Shown here piece after piece: positions 1 through 11,994 of a DNA stretch of 57,365 bases. Positions within the stretch are counted from its first letter, which is position 1. Every line of letters starts with the position of its first letter. This stretch comes from Octopus bimaculoides (taxonomy: Eukaryota). The stretch spans positions 24,752,080 to 24,809,444 of the forward strand of contig NC_068984.1 in NCBI RefSeq assembly GCF_001194135.2, given 5' to 3'. Below the pieces are notes generated by a model. It saw only the letters and a program-made list of their open reading frames with translations. It searched no databases and was not told the origin of the DNA. The translations under genes were made by a program, and so were the position numbers.

Positions 1-170
1 ATTATTTCGTATTTTTTGTAAATACCCCAAACGTTTTGCGATGTATTTTTTCATCGTTGTCCCCACTTTTGTTTTTTTTTCTGCTTTGTTTTCGACCCCC
101 TCGAAAAGAAAAACTCTACATTTGTATTTTGTCCCCTCTGTGTTGAGCCCTGTGTGGCTAATAAAGAAAC
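1..170 (+). mobile_element. Putative 3' terminus of a non-LTR retroelement
   Basis: T-rich stretch ending ...GAGCCCTGTGTGGCTAATAAAGAAA (AATAAA signal) directly abutting a (CTAT)n microsatellite; no coding part in the window. Confidence 0.3.
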
Positions 171-171
171 C

Positions 172-235
172 TATCTCTGTATCTATCTATCTATCTCTGT
201 ATCTATCTCTGTATCTATCTCTGTATCTATCTCTG

Positions 236-291
<56 letters not shown>
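172..291. repeat. (CTAT)n microsatellite with CTATCTCTGTAT variant units
   Basis: Direct reading. Confidence 0.95.
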
Positions 292-630
292 AAGGTGTGT
301 ATGCGCGTTTGTATGCGCGCGCGTGTGTGTATTTAACCGCTAAGAAGCCGGTTAAGAATATCGTCCACTTGTCCCGCGGCGCAGTGATGCTTTATACTTG
401 TGTCATCCGTTTGATTAGTCGCCGTTAGAGCCACAGGTTATCAGATGCAAAAACTAACAAAAATAAAAAAAACTGCAGATATGCCTTTCCACCTCCGCTC
501 ATTTGTCTTCTGCATAATCCACACGGCCGTTGCACCACTCACAGATATCGGTGGTGCTGATGATGATGAGGATGATAATAAATCATTATAAAATATATAA
601 TCATTATTAATGATGATGATAATTATAGCA

Positions 631-834
631 ATGTTTTCAAAGTTTGGTACAAGGCCAGCAATTTTGGAGAAGGGGTGAAGTAGACCCCAGTGTTCAACTG
701 GTATTTATTTTATCGATCCCGAAAGGATGAAACACAAAATCAACCTCGGCAGAATTTGAACTCAGAATAGGAAGACGAACGAAATGCTGCTAAGCATTCC
801 GCCTGGTGTGCTAACAATTCTCCCAGCTCGCCGC
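631..834 (-). mobile_element. tRNA-derived SINE, Nin/Deu-domain type (family A), copy 1
   Basis: Reverse complement has head GCGGCGAGCTGG-AGAATTGTTAGCAC, a box-B-like GAGTTCAAATT and the central TTTCATCCTTTCGGGATCGATAAAATAAATACCAG motif shared with the other copies. Confidence 0.85.
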
Positions 835-840
835 ATTAAA

Positions 841-1052
841 TGGTCTCGAATTTTGGCACAAGGTCAGGAATTTTGTGGGGAGGGTAATAGTCGATTACAT
901 CGACCCCAGAGCTCAGCTGGTGCTTATCAACCCCAAAAGGTTGAAAGGCAAACTCGACCTCGGTGGGGTTTGAGTTCAAAGCTTATAGAATCGGAAGAAA
1001 CAGCTCTAAATATTTTGTCCGGCGCTCTAACGATTCTGCTAGTTCGCCGACT
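841..1052 (-). mobile_element. SINE family A, copy 2
   Basis: Colinear with copy 1 by eye. Confidence 0.8.
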
Positions 1053-1071
1053 TGATAATAGTAATCTTTAG

Positions 1072-1276
1072 GGCGGCGAACTGGCAGAATCGCTAGCACG
1101 CCGGACAAAATGCTTAGTGGCATTTCGTTCGTCTTTACGTTCAGATTCAAGTGCCACTGTGGTCGACTTTCATTCGTCCGGGGTCGATAAGATAAATGCC
1201 AGATGAACACTGGGGTCAATGTAATTGACTTAACCGCTCCGCCGAAACTCCTGGCCTTGTGCTGAAATTTGAAACC
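1072..1276 (+). mobile_element. SINE family A, copy 3
   Basis: GGCGGCGAACTGGCAGAATCGCTAGCACGCCGG head, GGGGTCGATAAGATAAATGCCAG core, GGCCTTGTGC tail. Confidence 0.85.
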
Positions 1277-1285
1277 TATAATAGT

Positions 1286-1500
1286 AATCCTTTCTCATTC
1301 AGGCACAGGTCTGAATGTTTTTCTTCGCGGGTGGGGAATCAATTATATCGATACCAGTAATTGACTAGTGCCTATTTCATTGATCCCGAAATATGAAACA
1401 TAAAGTCGATCGCGGCAACATTCGATCTCAAGACGTACAGAGCACGGAGCAATGCCGTTAAACATCTTGTTCAATGCACTAACGATCCTGCCAGATAGCC
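1286..1500 (-). mobile_element. SINE family A, copy 4 (diverged)
   Basis: Colinear with the other copies. Confidence 0.7.
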
Positions 1501-1506
1501 AACTGA

Positions 1507-1528
1507 ATAATAATAATAATAATAGTAA

Positions 1529-1559
<31 letters not shown>

Positions 1560-1590
1560 AATAATGATGATGATGATGATAATAATAATA
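1507..1590. repeat. (AAT)n/(GAT)n microsatellite (tail of SINE copy 5)
   Basis: Direct reading. Confidence 0.9.
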
Positions 1591-1785
1591 ATCCTTTCTA
1601 CTAAAGGCACAAAGCCTGACATTTTTGGGGAGGGGACTGGCCGATTACATCACTGTTACATAATCTATCGACCCCGAAAGGATGGAAGGTAAAGTTGACC
1701 TCGGCGGAATTTAAACTTTGAACATAACGATAGACGAAATAACAAAGTATTTCGCCTGGCGTGCTAACGATTCTGCCAACTCACC

Positions 1786-1787
<2 letters not shown>
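1591..1787 (-). mobile_element. SINE family A, copy 5
   Basis: ATCCTTTCTACTAAAGGCACAA...ATCGACCCCGAAAGGATGGAAGGTAAAGTTGACCTCGGCGGAATTT...GTGCTAACGATTCTGCCAACTC. Confidence 0.85.
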
Positions 1788-1843
<56 letters not shown>

Positions 1844-1860
1844 CATCATCATCATCATCA
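1787..1860. repeat. (TTA)n(TCA)n microsatellite
   Basis: Direct reading. Confidence 0.95.
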
Positions 1861-2029
1861 TTATAATATATCAAATATTAGCCACAGGATACGCTCATGA
1901 AACCATAGAATACAATTCGATACAAAACAGAATTTACAGATGCAGAATTCTACAAAAACGTTTGTGCGAATATATATGTACTGTCCACATAACGCAAAGT
2001 ATACACACACGCATAAATATTCACATACA

Positions 2030-3232
2030 GTAATCTTGTATATAATTCCCATCATTATCGATGACTTCCTTCCATTTACTCACCAGTTTTTTAATTCCAT
2101 TATTGAAAAACTATTTTGGTCTTGATGAGAAGGTAAAGAGATCAGATTCGACCTCTTTGAGGTTTTTGAGCACTAAACAATCAAAATGATTCTGAAAGCA
2201 TTGAAACAAATAGTAATCAGAAAGAGCGAGGTCTGTGGAACAAGACGGGTTAGGAATTTTTTCCCAGCCAAGTTCTTCGATTTTTTTCTGACGTAATCTT
2301 TGTAGTGTGAGGCCTTGTATTATCATGATGAAATGCCATTCCCTTACGATTCGCCAAAACAGGCCTTTTTTTTCTTCAAAGCAGTATTTAAACGCTCTAA
2401 TTGTTTGCAATAGGTGTGAACAGTAATTGTTGCATTAGTAGCAGCTCAAAGTGGACGACTCCAATGCAGTCCCACCAAACAGAAAGAACCTTTTTTTCAA
2501 TGGAGGTCATTTTTAGGTCGTGGTTTAGCCTGTTCTCCTCAACTAAGCCATTGTGTGCGTCACAACATTTTCATTAAAAATCCATTTTTCATTACCATTC
2601 ATTAAACTGTCAACAAATAATGAGATACGTTCACGAGAGTGAAGAGTTGATCAGATGTCCATTCGTGATTTTCGGTTGGCTTCTTTCAAATCATGGGGAA
2701 TCCATTTTCTGAGTGTGGGCACCTTTCCAAGCGGTTGAAGATGGCTGTAAACAGATGAATGACTTGAATTGAGCTTGCTTGCCAATTTTTCAACTGACAT
2801 AGTATTATCCTTCTCAAGCTCTGACAAAAGAAGCTCATCATCAAATTCAACAGGGCGTCCTATTCGTAGCCCCTCTTTCAGGCTGAAATCACCATTTTTT
2901 AACTTTGCAAACCATCTTCCGCAACTTCTTTCATTCATGCACTCTTCTCTATAAACAGAATGGATATTTCATGTTGCTTCTGCTGCATTATTTTCGTTTT
3001 TGATCACATAAAGCATTATTGCTTTAAAAGCTCCTTCAATACGTCCATTTTTGAGGGGTTAATATTAGTAATTAATTCAGTCAGATTATTCTATAAAAAG
3101 AAATTACATTAAGTTAAAGAATTCCAAATTCATATGTGTATCAATCAATGCCATTTGACATTTTAGAATAATGTAAAATCTGATAGAAATTACATATATG
3201 ATATTTCGGACATTATTTACATGATCGCCTGA
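2030..3232 (-). mobile_element. Degenerate mariner (Tc1/mariner) transposon with disrupted transposase
   Basis: Minus-strand peptides WFAKLKNGDFSLKE..RIGRP, LGKVPTLRKWIPHDL, PNPSCSTDLALSDYYLF (mariner YSPDLAPSD motif) and GIKKLVSKWKEVIDNDGNY; TA-flanked TIR-like 5' end at 3232; stops and frameshifts present. Confidence 0.92.
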
Positions 3233-4207
3233 TAGCATCGAAATTTCTTATAACTGTTGCGATGCCGGGTGAATGATCTGAATTTACGAACATTATGAGA
3301 CAATGAACTTCTGAATGCAAAAAGTAAACAGAACATCTCCAGCAAATAAATGAAAGCCATCTTTAAAAATTTAGAGAGAAAGATTTCTGTTGGTTTTAGA
3401 GGAAAAAAAAATCAAATCAAGCTTAAGCGTCATTATTCAATAGTATGGCTGCAACTCACGTCAAAGAAAATGTTAGGGTTATAATAATTACGAAGAAATC
3501 TCTTATAATGTAGCACAGCGGGCAAATTGTCAAAATTTATGAATATTTAGTTAAACATTAAGAAAGCAGAAAGCATTAGTTAAACATTAAGAAAGCAGAA
3601 TGAACTTTCAAATACAAAAGACAACCAGAACAACTGAATAGAGGCACTGTTGCAGTAAGAAAGTAGAGACGCTGTTGGCTAATTTAGAAAACTTCAAACT
3701 GTTTCATTAAATATTATGGGACAAATACAAAAAAATAAGCGCAACAACTCCAGCTTGTGTCAAATGATTTAGAAAGTAAATCTTACAAAGTGAGACAGAT
3801 TCAACTGTTTCAAACGCTAAAGAGTTACTCACATAGACAAATACTAGACAGGTAGAGTATTATATATATATATATATATTGATAACTACAAGAACCAAAA
3901 ATGAAGCTGAAAGCGTGAGCCTGAAGCAGCCGTTTTCGCAGGTGTCGTTCACAAAGGTTTTTAAACGAAAGGACATAAGTATAAGCGTTTTCTCCAAACT
4001 TCCATTTCATATTTCAAAAAATATTGAGACAGTGGATATTCACAAGAAAACCAAGATCGGTTTACCAGTTGATGATCGGAAACGTGTAACGCTGAGTACT
4101 AGAAATCGGAGCCTCACAATTATAATGTACTAAAGTTATAATGTTATAATGTACTAAATTTGTATTGAGCCTGTCCTATTATTTACCGCTTATGGTGAAT
4201 CAACAAG

Positions 4208-4210
<3 letters not shown>

Positions 4211-4300
<90 letters not shown>

Positions 4301-4374
4301 TACACACACAGACACGCACACAGACACACACATAGACACAGACACAGACACACACACACACACACACACACACA
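4211..4374. repeat. Compound (CA)n microsatellite
   Basis: Direct reading. Confidence 0.95.
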
Positions 4375-4402
4375 TTACCTGCATGTATTATATGTGTATA
4401 CA

Positions 4403-4868
4403 CCTTTTACCGTTTACCTTTCAGTTGTTTCAATCATTAGACAGCGGTCAAGCTGGGGCAGCACCTTGAAGAATTTTAGGCGAACTTATCGACCTCAGTA
4501 ATTCATTTTTTATTTATGTAAAACCTGGTACTTATTTCATCGGCCCTTTTTGCCGAACCGTCAAGTTATGGGGGCATAAACACACCAACACCGGTTGTCA
4601 AGCAGTGGTGGGAGACAAACACATATACATACACACACACACCACACATACACATACACACACGCGCATACGCATACACACGCGCATACACATACACACA
4701 CATACATAAGATGGGCTTCTTTTAGTTTCCATCTACCAAATTCACTTACAAGATTTTGGTGAGTCCAAGGTTATAGTAGTAGACACCCAAGATGCCACGC
4801 AGTGAAACTCAACCCGGAACCATGTGGTTGGGAAGCAAACTTCTTACCACACAGCTACGCCTGCACCT
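4403..4868 (-). mobile_element. tRNA-derived SINE (family B, CORE-like) with internal (CA)n and a LINE-like tail
   Basis: Reverse complement: GGTGCAGGCGTAGCTGTGTGGTAAGAAGTTTGCTTCCCAACCACATGGTTCCGGGTT head, internal microsatellite, tail GGTGCTGCCCCAGCTTGACCGCTGTCTAATGATTGAAAC. Confidence 0.8.
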
Positions 4869-5649
4869 ATATATGTATATATACTTACATATGTAAATTT
4901 ATATATACATATATGTATACACAGGCACACACACACACACACACACACACACGGACACACACACACACTCACACTCACACACCTAATGATTGATCGAACA
5001 GTGTGGTGAAAGATGAGCTTGTTGATGAGTGAAATTTTATGCCACCTTCAAAAGAATAAATAAATAACTGAACAATGTAAGTAAAAAAATAATAAAATAT
5101 AAATACTAAATGGATGAATGAAGTAAATAAACTAAACGATATTCATTTAAGTAGAAAATAAATTATGGACGTTGAATTTAGTAGCATAACGAAATTGAGG
5201 GAAAGAATTTTAAAACAAAACAGAGGGTCATTAGTATAGAAGATATATGAACATTATTTTATTACGGACAGTTTTACGCTAGACATATATACATCTACGA
5301 ATATGCGTTTAATAATTACTTCTTGTTGGGGAAATTGTAAAACGAAATACATTATAGCTGCAATATTGATTTTGTCTCCAATTTCAATCACTGCAATTGA
5401 AAAATTATACTCTATTATTTGTTCCAACTTCATGGTTTGCAAACAGTTTCATTATCATTGCTTCAAAACTTGAAAGAATTCTGTATAGAACGTTGAATAA
5501 AACTGCATGGGTACAATCGATATTTTAATATATTGTTAGGATGGAATTAAAAAATAACAAAACACCGAAACATTATTTTAGAAAAAAGTTTAAATTATTT
5601 TTCCTAGCCTAATATTTTTTTATTGAATTAGGACATACATCCAAATGGT

Positions 5650-5659
5650 GTGCGTGTGC

Positions 5660-5700
<41 letters not shown>

Positions 5701-5852
5701 TCCCCCCCCCNNNNNNNNNNNNNNNNNNNNNNNNNNNNNNNNNNNNNNNNNNNNNCGATCAATCTATCTGTCTACCTTACCTGCCTGCCTACCTACTTAC
5801 CTATCAACTTGTTGACATGCCTATCAATCAACCTTCTTATCTTTCAACGTGC

Positions 5853-5885
<33 letters not shown>
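5650..5885. repeat. (GT)n, poly-C, 45-nt N gap (5711-5755), (CTAC/CTAT)n
   Basis: Direct reading. Confidence 0.9.
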
Positions 5886-5887
<2 letters not shown>

Positions 5888-6009
5888 CAAAAAGAGAATG
5901 ATAGTGATGAAGGGAAAAGAAAGAGAGATAAAGAGAACAAAGATCTCCATTCTAAATATTCGTTTACTCATACACAGAATTCTTTTAATATACATGGATA
6001 TATAAATAT

Positions 6010-6620
6010 GCATGTACCCATTCTTACACACAGAAACAATATCGTATTCTATTCCTAAACCTGGATAGCCACAACAAGACGCTTTAAAGCTGCTACAAAT
6101 ACTAGGCCTTACTTTTCCTGGGGATTTCTCAAGACAAATGCACACCCAACAAAGATTATATCCCAAATACTTTCTTCTAAGTAAAATAAAAACCTTTCAA
6201 TCTGTAACAATTGCTAATCTACAGAGCACAGATGACAACCATATTGGAGAACTATTTCTACATCTAGGACGGTGCTACTAGTGCACCTTCCAAAGCTGCA
6301 TAAAAGGGCCACTGTTATTAAAAAGTTGAACACTAATTCGCTCCAGTCTTTCTCACACCGATTTACTATCTATTCTCTCCATCTGTTCAACCATTACTAC
6401 AATGGCTTCTAATATTCAGATCTGGCTAGTCTTATATTTCATCTACCCAGAGACCTCAAATTCACTTGTCTCCCATTTTCTTTTTACCCTACTGTTTTCG
6501 TTTCCAAACTCCATACTCACCCACAGCGTTCAATATAACTCCCCTGTACATCGTCCTTTGAAATGCTTTCCCTGCTCATGTTTAATATGCAGCCTTCAAT
6601 TTGCAGCTATATAAGAGGAA
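6010..6620 (+). mobile_element. Degenerate CR1/Jockey-group LINE, RT C-terminal fragment
   Basis: Frame-broken peptides LQILGLTF, LLIYRAQ..ILE..I*DGATSA, NSLQS.SHR, LHLFNHYYNGF, WNA.PAHV-like, matching the RT thumb/C-terminus layout of this group. Confidence 0.65.
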
Positions 6621-6719
6621 TATTAATTGCATCGATCTCATTAGACTTGGCAGCCAAGAATATTTATAGATAACTCCCAGGTTATGTCTTGATTGGGTAA
6701 ATTTATGAATAAAATAATT

Positions 6720-6850
6720 TAGTCAGTTTATGTATCCAGGACTAGATTATCTAATAAGTTCATCCATTTTTTTGAAGACGGTGGCGTGATACGAGAGACA
6801 TTTGGCTGCCATTTCCTGTGGGTTGCAGCAACCACTTATACGCTCAGACT
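6720..6850 (-). mobile_element. Unnamed (AAC)n-tailed dispersed repeat (family D), partial
   Basis: GTATCCAGGACTAGATTATCTAAT...GAAGACGGTGGCGTGATACGAGAGACATTTGGCTGCCATTTC matches the other copies. Confidence 0.55.
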
Positions 6851-7034
6851 TGCATCTTGCTGGGTTACTCTAGTGCTGTAATCAACAGTCAGTCGCGATT
6901 GCACACTTTTTTTATACAATATAGAGAAGAGAAATAGAGAGTGAGAGAGATAGGGAAAAATAAAGAAAGAGAGAGAGAAAGAGAAAGGGAGAGAAAGAAG
7001 AGATATAAATTAACCCTTCAAAGAAGATATTCTC

Positions 7035-7165
7035 GATAAAATAAGTATCAGACTGAAATAACGACTGAGGTCGAATGAATTTGCTAAAATGCTTGAAGGT
7101 GGTGCCCCAGAGTGGTCGCAGTCCAATGACTGAAACCAGCAACAGAGGAACAGAATAAAAGAATG
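7035..7165 (+). mobile_element. 3' half of SINE family B
   Basis: GATAAAATAAGTATCAG...GAAGGTGGTGCCCCAGAGTGGTCGCAGTCCAATGACTGAAAC, homologous to the 4403-4560 reverse complement. Confidence 0.7.
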
Positions 7166-7367
7166 TTTTTAAAATAGAAAATCATAGTGTGTAAACCAAC
7201 AATACTTCTCTTTTTCACTCTCCCCTCCTTTCCATATCTCTCATTGCATGAACATACATACAAACACGCGTGCATGTAATGTATGTATTTCATGGACCTA
7301 TCATATATGTCTGTATTTATAACCATACCTGTCCCAGCCATAATGCAGTATGCAATGATTTGCGCAC

Positions 7368-7370
<3 letters not shown>

Positions 7371-7447
<77 letters not shown>

Positions 7448-7473
7448 CCCCTCTCTCTCTCTCTCTCTCTCTC
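7371..7473. repeat. (CT)n microsatellite
   Basis: Direct reading. Confidence 0.95.
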
Positions 7474-8054
7474 TATTCTATTTGCCGTAGATGGATATGT
7501 GTGCGTGCGTAGAAAACAAAATATAAAATGTAAAACCAAACTTGAAAAAAAAAATTCGTGTGTGCGTGTGTGTGTGTGTGTGTGTGTATAGACAGTATAT
7601 GTGTGTGGGTGGTACTTGTATGTATTTTCGTGTTTCTGTGTATGCATGAACGTATGTACAACCGCGAGCGTTATCTCGATCTCGTCTGTCGACGTAATCA
7701 ATCACTGGCTACTACACATTTGCTTCAGTGGTTTTCTGCAATCTTTACTGCATGACATGTTAGAAGAGTTGTAATTCTCTGAGCAGAAGTTTCAATTTCA
7801 GTGAAAGCCGTGGAGCATTTTAATAGAATGTTGTTGAGTGATCAGCCAGACTTAAAACTCTAAAGCAATAGATTCAGCTTAAACATTTCATCTGGCATTA
7901 ACATGAAATTATTTAATAGACCGTGATTGGCGCTTGATTTTGCGTTACATTCGTAGCGAATGCATTGCACGGTGTTGTTTGCTTCCTTTCTGGAACAGCT
8001 TAAATTTACGAGGGAGTCGCTAGCGGTTGCTCGACTTACTAGAAATAATAATTA

Positions 8055-8280
8055 CGGTGGGTGGCTGAAAATTTCCTGGCTTTAAGAGTATCTCGAAAGG
8101 GCTGGTTGAAGGTCCAACCTTCCGATTTCTTTTACAGGACTTAGAAAATCTGAAGGACCGCTGCGATGAGTGTATGAAACTGAGAGGGGAATGTGCTGAA
8201 TAAAATCATAACTAACTGATCCTCTTGTATTATTATTTTTTTTGGCGCAGAGCCAGGAACTTTCCAGCCCCCCCCCCTCG
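8055..8280 (+). mobile_element. Mariner-derived MITE (226 bp) with TIRs and TA target duplication
   Basis: TA|CGGTGGGTGGCTGAAAATTTCCTGGCT ... AGCCAGGAACTTTCCAGCCCCCCCCCTCG|TA; internal frame LQDLENLKDRCDECMKLRGECAE* resembles the mariner transposase C-terminus. Confidence 0.88.
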
Positions 8281-8605
8281 TACATCTTGGAATAATACTC
8301 TACTATATAAAAAGAGGAGAGTGATAATACCGTCGGCTGGAATACCTTTGTTCAAAGGTGTGCGCGATCCGTGTTGGTTCAGGACTAAACAACAAGAACA
8401 ACAATAATAAACTAAGCTGCGTTGAAAAAACATAAATATTTCCGTTCTGGTGATACTTTGTTTATCTGATAGTGTAGTGTAGTGGGCTACAAGGTTGATG
8501 TTGATCTCGCAAGGTTTTAAATACTGTATGTTATGGCATACATTTAGAGACATATACAGAGAAATCTAGCGATAAAACCACATACACGTACGTCACATAC
8601 ACATC

Positions 8606-8823
8606 AATAATCCTTTCTACTAGAAGCACAAGACCTGAAATTTTGTGGGAAGAGATAATCGCCTGCATTGACCCCAGTACTCGACTGGTACTTATTTCAT
8701 CCATCTCAAAATGACGAAAGATAAAGTCGACCTCGGCGGAATTTGAACTCAGAACGTAACGACAGTCGAAATGCCTCTAAGCATTTTGCCTGACGTGCCA
8801 ACGACTGTGCCAGCTCGCTGACT
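8606..8823 (-). mobile_element. SINE family A, copy 6
   Basis: Colinear with the other copies. Confidence 0.85.
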
Positions 8824-9065
8824 TCAAACACACGTTAACGATGAGAAAAATAAAACATTATCAGAAATAATAGAGATATCGTTTCTTTATTTACACACTG
8901 ATATATAAGTCTTAGAATTTTCTTTGGGAAATGAAGTGGAATACTGCATAAATCCTTTTATATATTTTTCCTTTTGATGTTCTCTAGCACTGGAGAGTGA
9001 ACACATTCTTTCACAGCTGACCGAAATGCAGTTTGTTACTGACAAGTCATTGAGATTTTTCCCAG

Positions 9066-9163
9066 TTTGATTTGCAACAGCAGTATTTATTTTTCTCTCT
9101 ACATGATCTCATCATGGCAACAGGGATTTATTGAAAGATATTGTCATATAGTATCATATTGGG
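9066..9163 (+). CDS. Candidate internal coding exon of an unidentified host gene
   Basis: Branch-like TACTGAC 9037-9043, TTTTTCCCAG acceptor, G|GTAAGT donor; one open frame LICNSSIYFSLYMISSWQQGFIERYCHIVSYW; no recognised homology. Confidence 0.25.
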
Positions 9164-9284
9164 GTAAGTTGGACGAAGAATAGATATAGATGGCACACAT
9201 GACTTTGTTATCTAGCTAAACCTTGTTTAAAGAAAAAGTGAGACTTGGAAACAGCCTGTTTGTGCAAGTGCAATCAGTCAAAAA

Positions 9285-9620
9285 CTCTTCATACTGGATG
9301 CCAGATTCATCAGGAGAAAATATACATCGTTTTGGGGCCTTTCTCTCGACAACTTTACAACGCACTAATGTGACGACCCAGCATACGGTTCGACTGATTA
9401 GTTTTCGACCTCAAGGCCACTTTGTGATCATCATCTCTCCAGCCAGATTTCATCTTTCCTTTTCAGTCGTATCCAATGGCTGGCTTTCTCAACTGTCACC
9501 CGGATCCCCTTCAAGATGGCACTTGCTGACGTGGGGGATCAATTGACAGCAGCCACCGTCTCAGTTTGGTTCCAATTAAACTCATATACGCAGCTCTTAT
9601 ATGACAGTGTACTGCACTCC
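9285..9620 (-). mobile_element. 3' end of a Hero-like (R2-group, RLE-type) non-LTR retrotransposon
   Basis: Minus-strand LIGTKLRRWLLSI / AILKGIRVTVEKASHWIRLKRKDEIWLER* (stop 9431-9433) resembles the Hero-clade C-terminal AAEKASxWLWLKR motif; a 3' UTR follows. Confidence 0.65.
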
Positions 9621-10755
9621 AACCAGCATCTATACAGCCTTCGAGTAGCGTTTTATAACGCTCATCTTTCTTAACCTGAGCCGCATTTGTACAAGTAATT
9701 TCTTTTTCAGTGAGTAATTAACTTGTGTTTGGAGTGAGTGTGACAAGAAGAGATTTGCACTGCGGTAACCATTTTCAAAAATAAATATCTTTATACTTCT
9801 CTCTAAATATCGATCCACAATGGAACATTGAATATAGCAGGTTGCTAAAATTTCAAAAGTTTCGTATGCAGCGTGTTATACGGTATATATCTGTTTATGC
9901 TTTTCTTTTAGACTTGTAAGTTCAATTATATTATATAAGCTTTGTTTATTTAAGTGTATTTTAGTGTTTTTTTTTATTTTAGTCTTGGTTTTAATTTTAA
10001 TTAAGGAGGTGTAATTATGAAGATATAATTAATGTTGGTTCTTATGGGATTAATAAATCGCTCACATTCACACATAAATGTAGTTTCACTTTTGTTCTCT
10101 TTTATATAGATATAAACAAATATATAATAGTTTATATGAATTTTCCTTATTCTCTTGTGCGTCAAAATTAAGAATTTTGGATAGCATATGCATATAAAAC
10201 ATTTGATCAAAGGATTCATCTGCAAATACCATCTAAAATTTCTTAAGTTTTGACACACAAAAGAATTAAGTATTCATATCAAGTATTGCTATATTCATAA
10301 GAGAGAACAACGGTGAAACAATACATTTAGGAATGTGTGAACGCAAACCACAATTCATTCATATCATAAGAACCATCATTAATTATAGCTTCTTAATTAT
10401 AACTCTTTAATTAAAATTAAAAATAAACCAATATATACGAAAATATGGCTTATTTAAAACTAAAACTGAACTTACGTTATAGAAGCATGCTACACTTCAT
10501 ACTAATCTTTTAGAATATAAAATTATAGTAAATCGCTGCTAGTTTCGCTATTGTCTTGAATAGCTATCAGGTGAGAAGTAGAAATATTTGAACAAAAATA
10601 AAATAAAGTATGATAAAATTAAATAACTGCCTCAAAAGTCCTTTCACGTATTATCCATTTTCAACAGGAATTAAATAGTTCCTCCTCTAAAAATCAAACA
10701 ACCAAAATAATTCTTTGTTTCTTTAAACAATGTTTATTTAGATAACAAAATCATA

Positions 10756-11994
10756 CATGTGAAGATCGCTTGAAAAGGTACTGACCAAGATACTCCCATG
10801 GAATGTGACCAAACGAGGTTTATTTCTCAACAGGCTTCATCTTCTTCTTGTGCACACACTTCTTCCATCGGTGTTGCAGTGCTTGAAGTCCATTGGTGAA
10901 GACGCTTTCATCTTGTTGCTCAAACAAATTATCAGCAACTGATATGACGTCACCGTCACTGCGATACTGGTTCACAGCTAAGTGTTTTTTCATGTTGGCG
11001 ACAGATGATAGTCCGATGAGGCCAAATCAGAAGAAAAGGGAGAGTGATCAACCCATTCAAAGCCACAGTCACGCACAGCGGCTATTGAGACCAAAGACTT
11101 GTGTGCTGGAGCAAAGTCCCGATGAAACCATATCCCTTTCGCCAGTTATCCTCGGCGTTTGAGCTTGTAGTCTTTCGTAACTGCCTCAGCGAGCTGGCGT
11201 AGTACTTTCCATTGATGATGTGACCCTTTTGAACATAGTTAATAGACACAATACCTTTTGCATCCTCAGATGAAACGACCTTCTCTGGAGCAGGTGAAGA
11301 GGGTGTTTCCAATGCATGGATTACCTCTTTGTCGCTGGTTCAAAGTGATGAATCTCATTCTGGCTTAGGAAACGTTCAAGGAAACCAGCAGGATCTGCTT
11401 CAAACAATGTTAGCTTTTCCCGTGATGTCATCAGCCTAGTACACTTTCGATGAGGTGCCAGAAGACGTGGCACCCACCAAGCAGAAACCTTCGTCATGCC
11501 AAGTTCATTGTGCAGAATATTCTCAACTCTCTCACAGAATATGCTAATAATATTGGCTATTTGATTTATGGTCAATCGAGTGTCATCCATCAGCATGTAG
11601 TGAACACGATCAATGTTTTCTTCGGTGGTGGCAGTTGCAGGACGTCCAGATTTGGGGTCAACTTCAAGACTCTCCCTTTCCCCTCCTAAATTCATCTTCA
11701 CACTTTTGCACTGTTGGTATAGCTAGACCGTCATCCCCTAATGTAGAAACCATGTCAGCATGAATGACCTTGAGGCTAAGCTCTTTTTCTGCAAGTATTT
11801 GATAACAACACGATGCAAAATTTTGTCTATTTTGAAGAGAGGTTGCGACTAGTTACTTTTGAAGTCTCCTTTGAAAAGTCGTCAGCTTACTTGGAAAGAA
11901 ACAATGTAGTTATAATAAGAAGGATTGAAACAAATGCGTGAAAGATTTTACTGCTTTAGCATCACTCCTTCATGAACTTTTTAGCGCACTTCCG
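10756..11994 (-). mobile_element. Near-full-length degenerate mariner, copy M1
   Basis: TA-flanked degenerate TIRs; peptides ESLEVDPKSGRPATA, GMTKVSAWWVPRLL, IHHFEPATKR, HSPFSSDLASSDY; stops and frameshifts. Confidence 0.93.

Noticed and set aside
3879-4133. 84-aa ORF with LPF...ETVDIHKK resembling Penelope RT C-terminal motifs
   Set aside because: Similarity is too slight and there is no supporting context
41-7755. ORFs with YLSI, poly-I/Y/H, VCVC, ERER or SLSL runs (also 53088-53517)
   Set aside because: Translations of microsatellites
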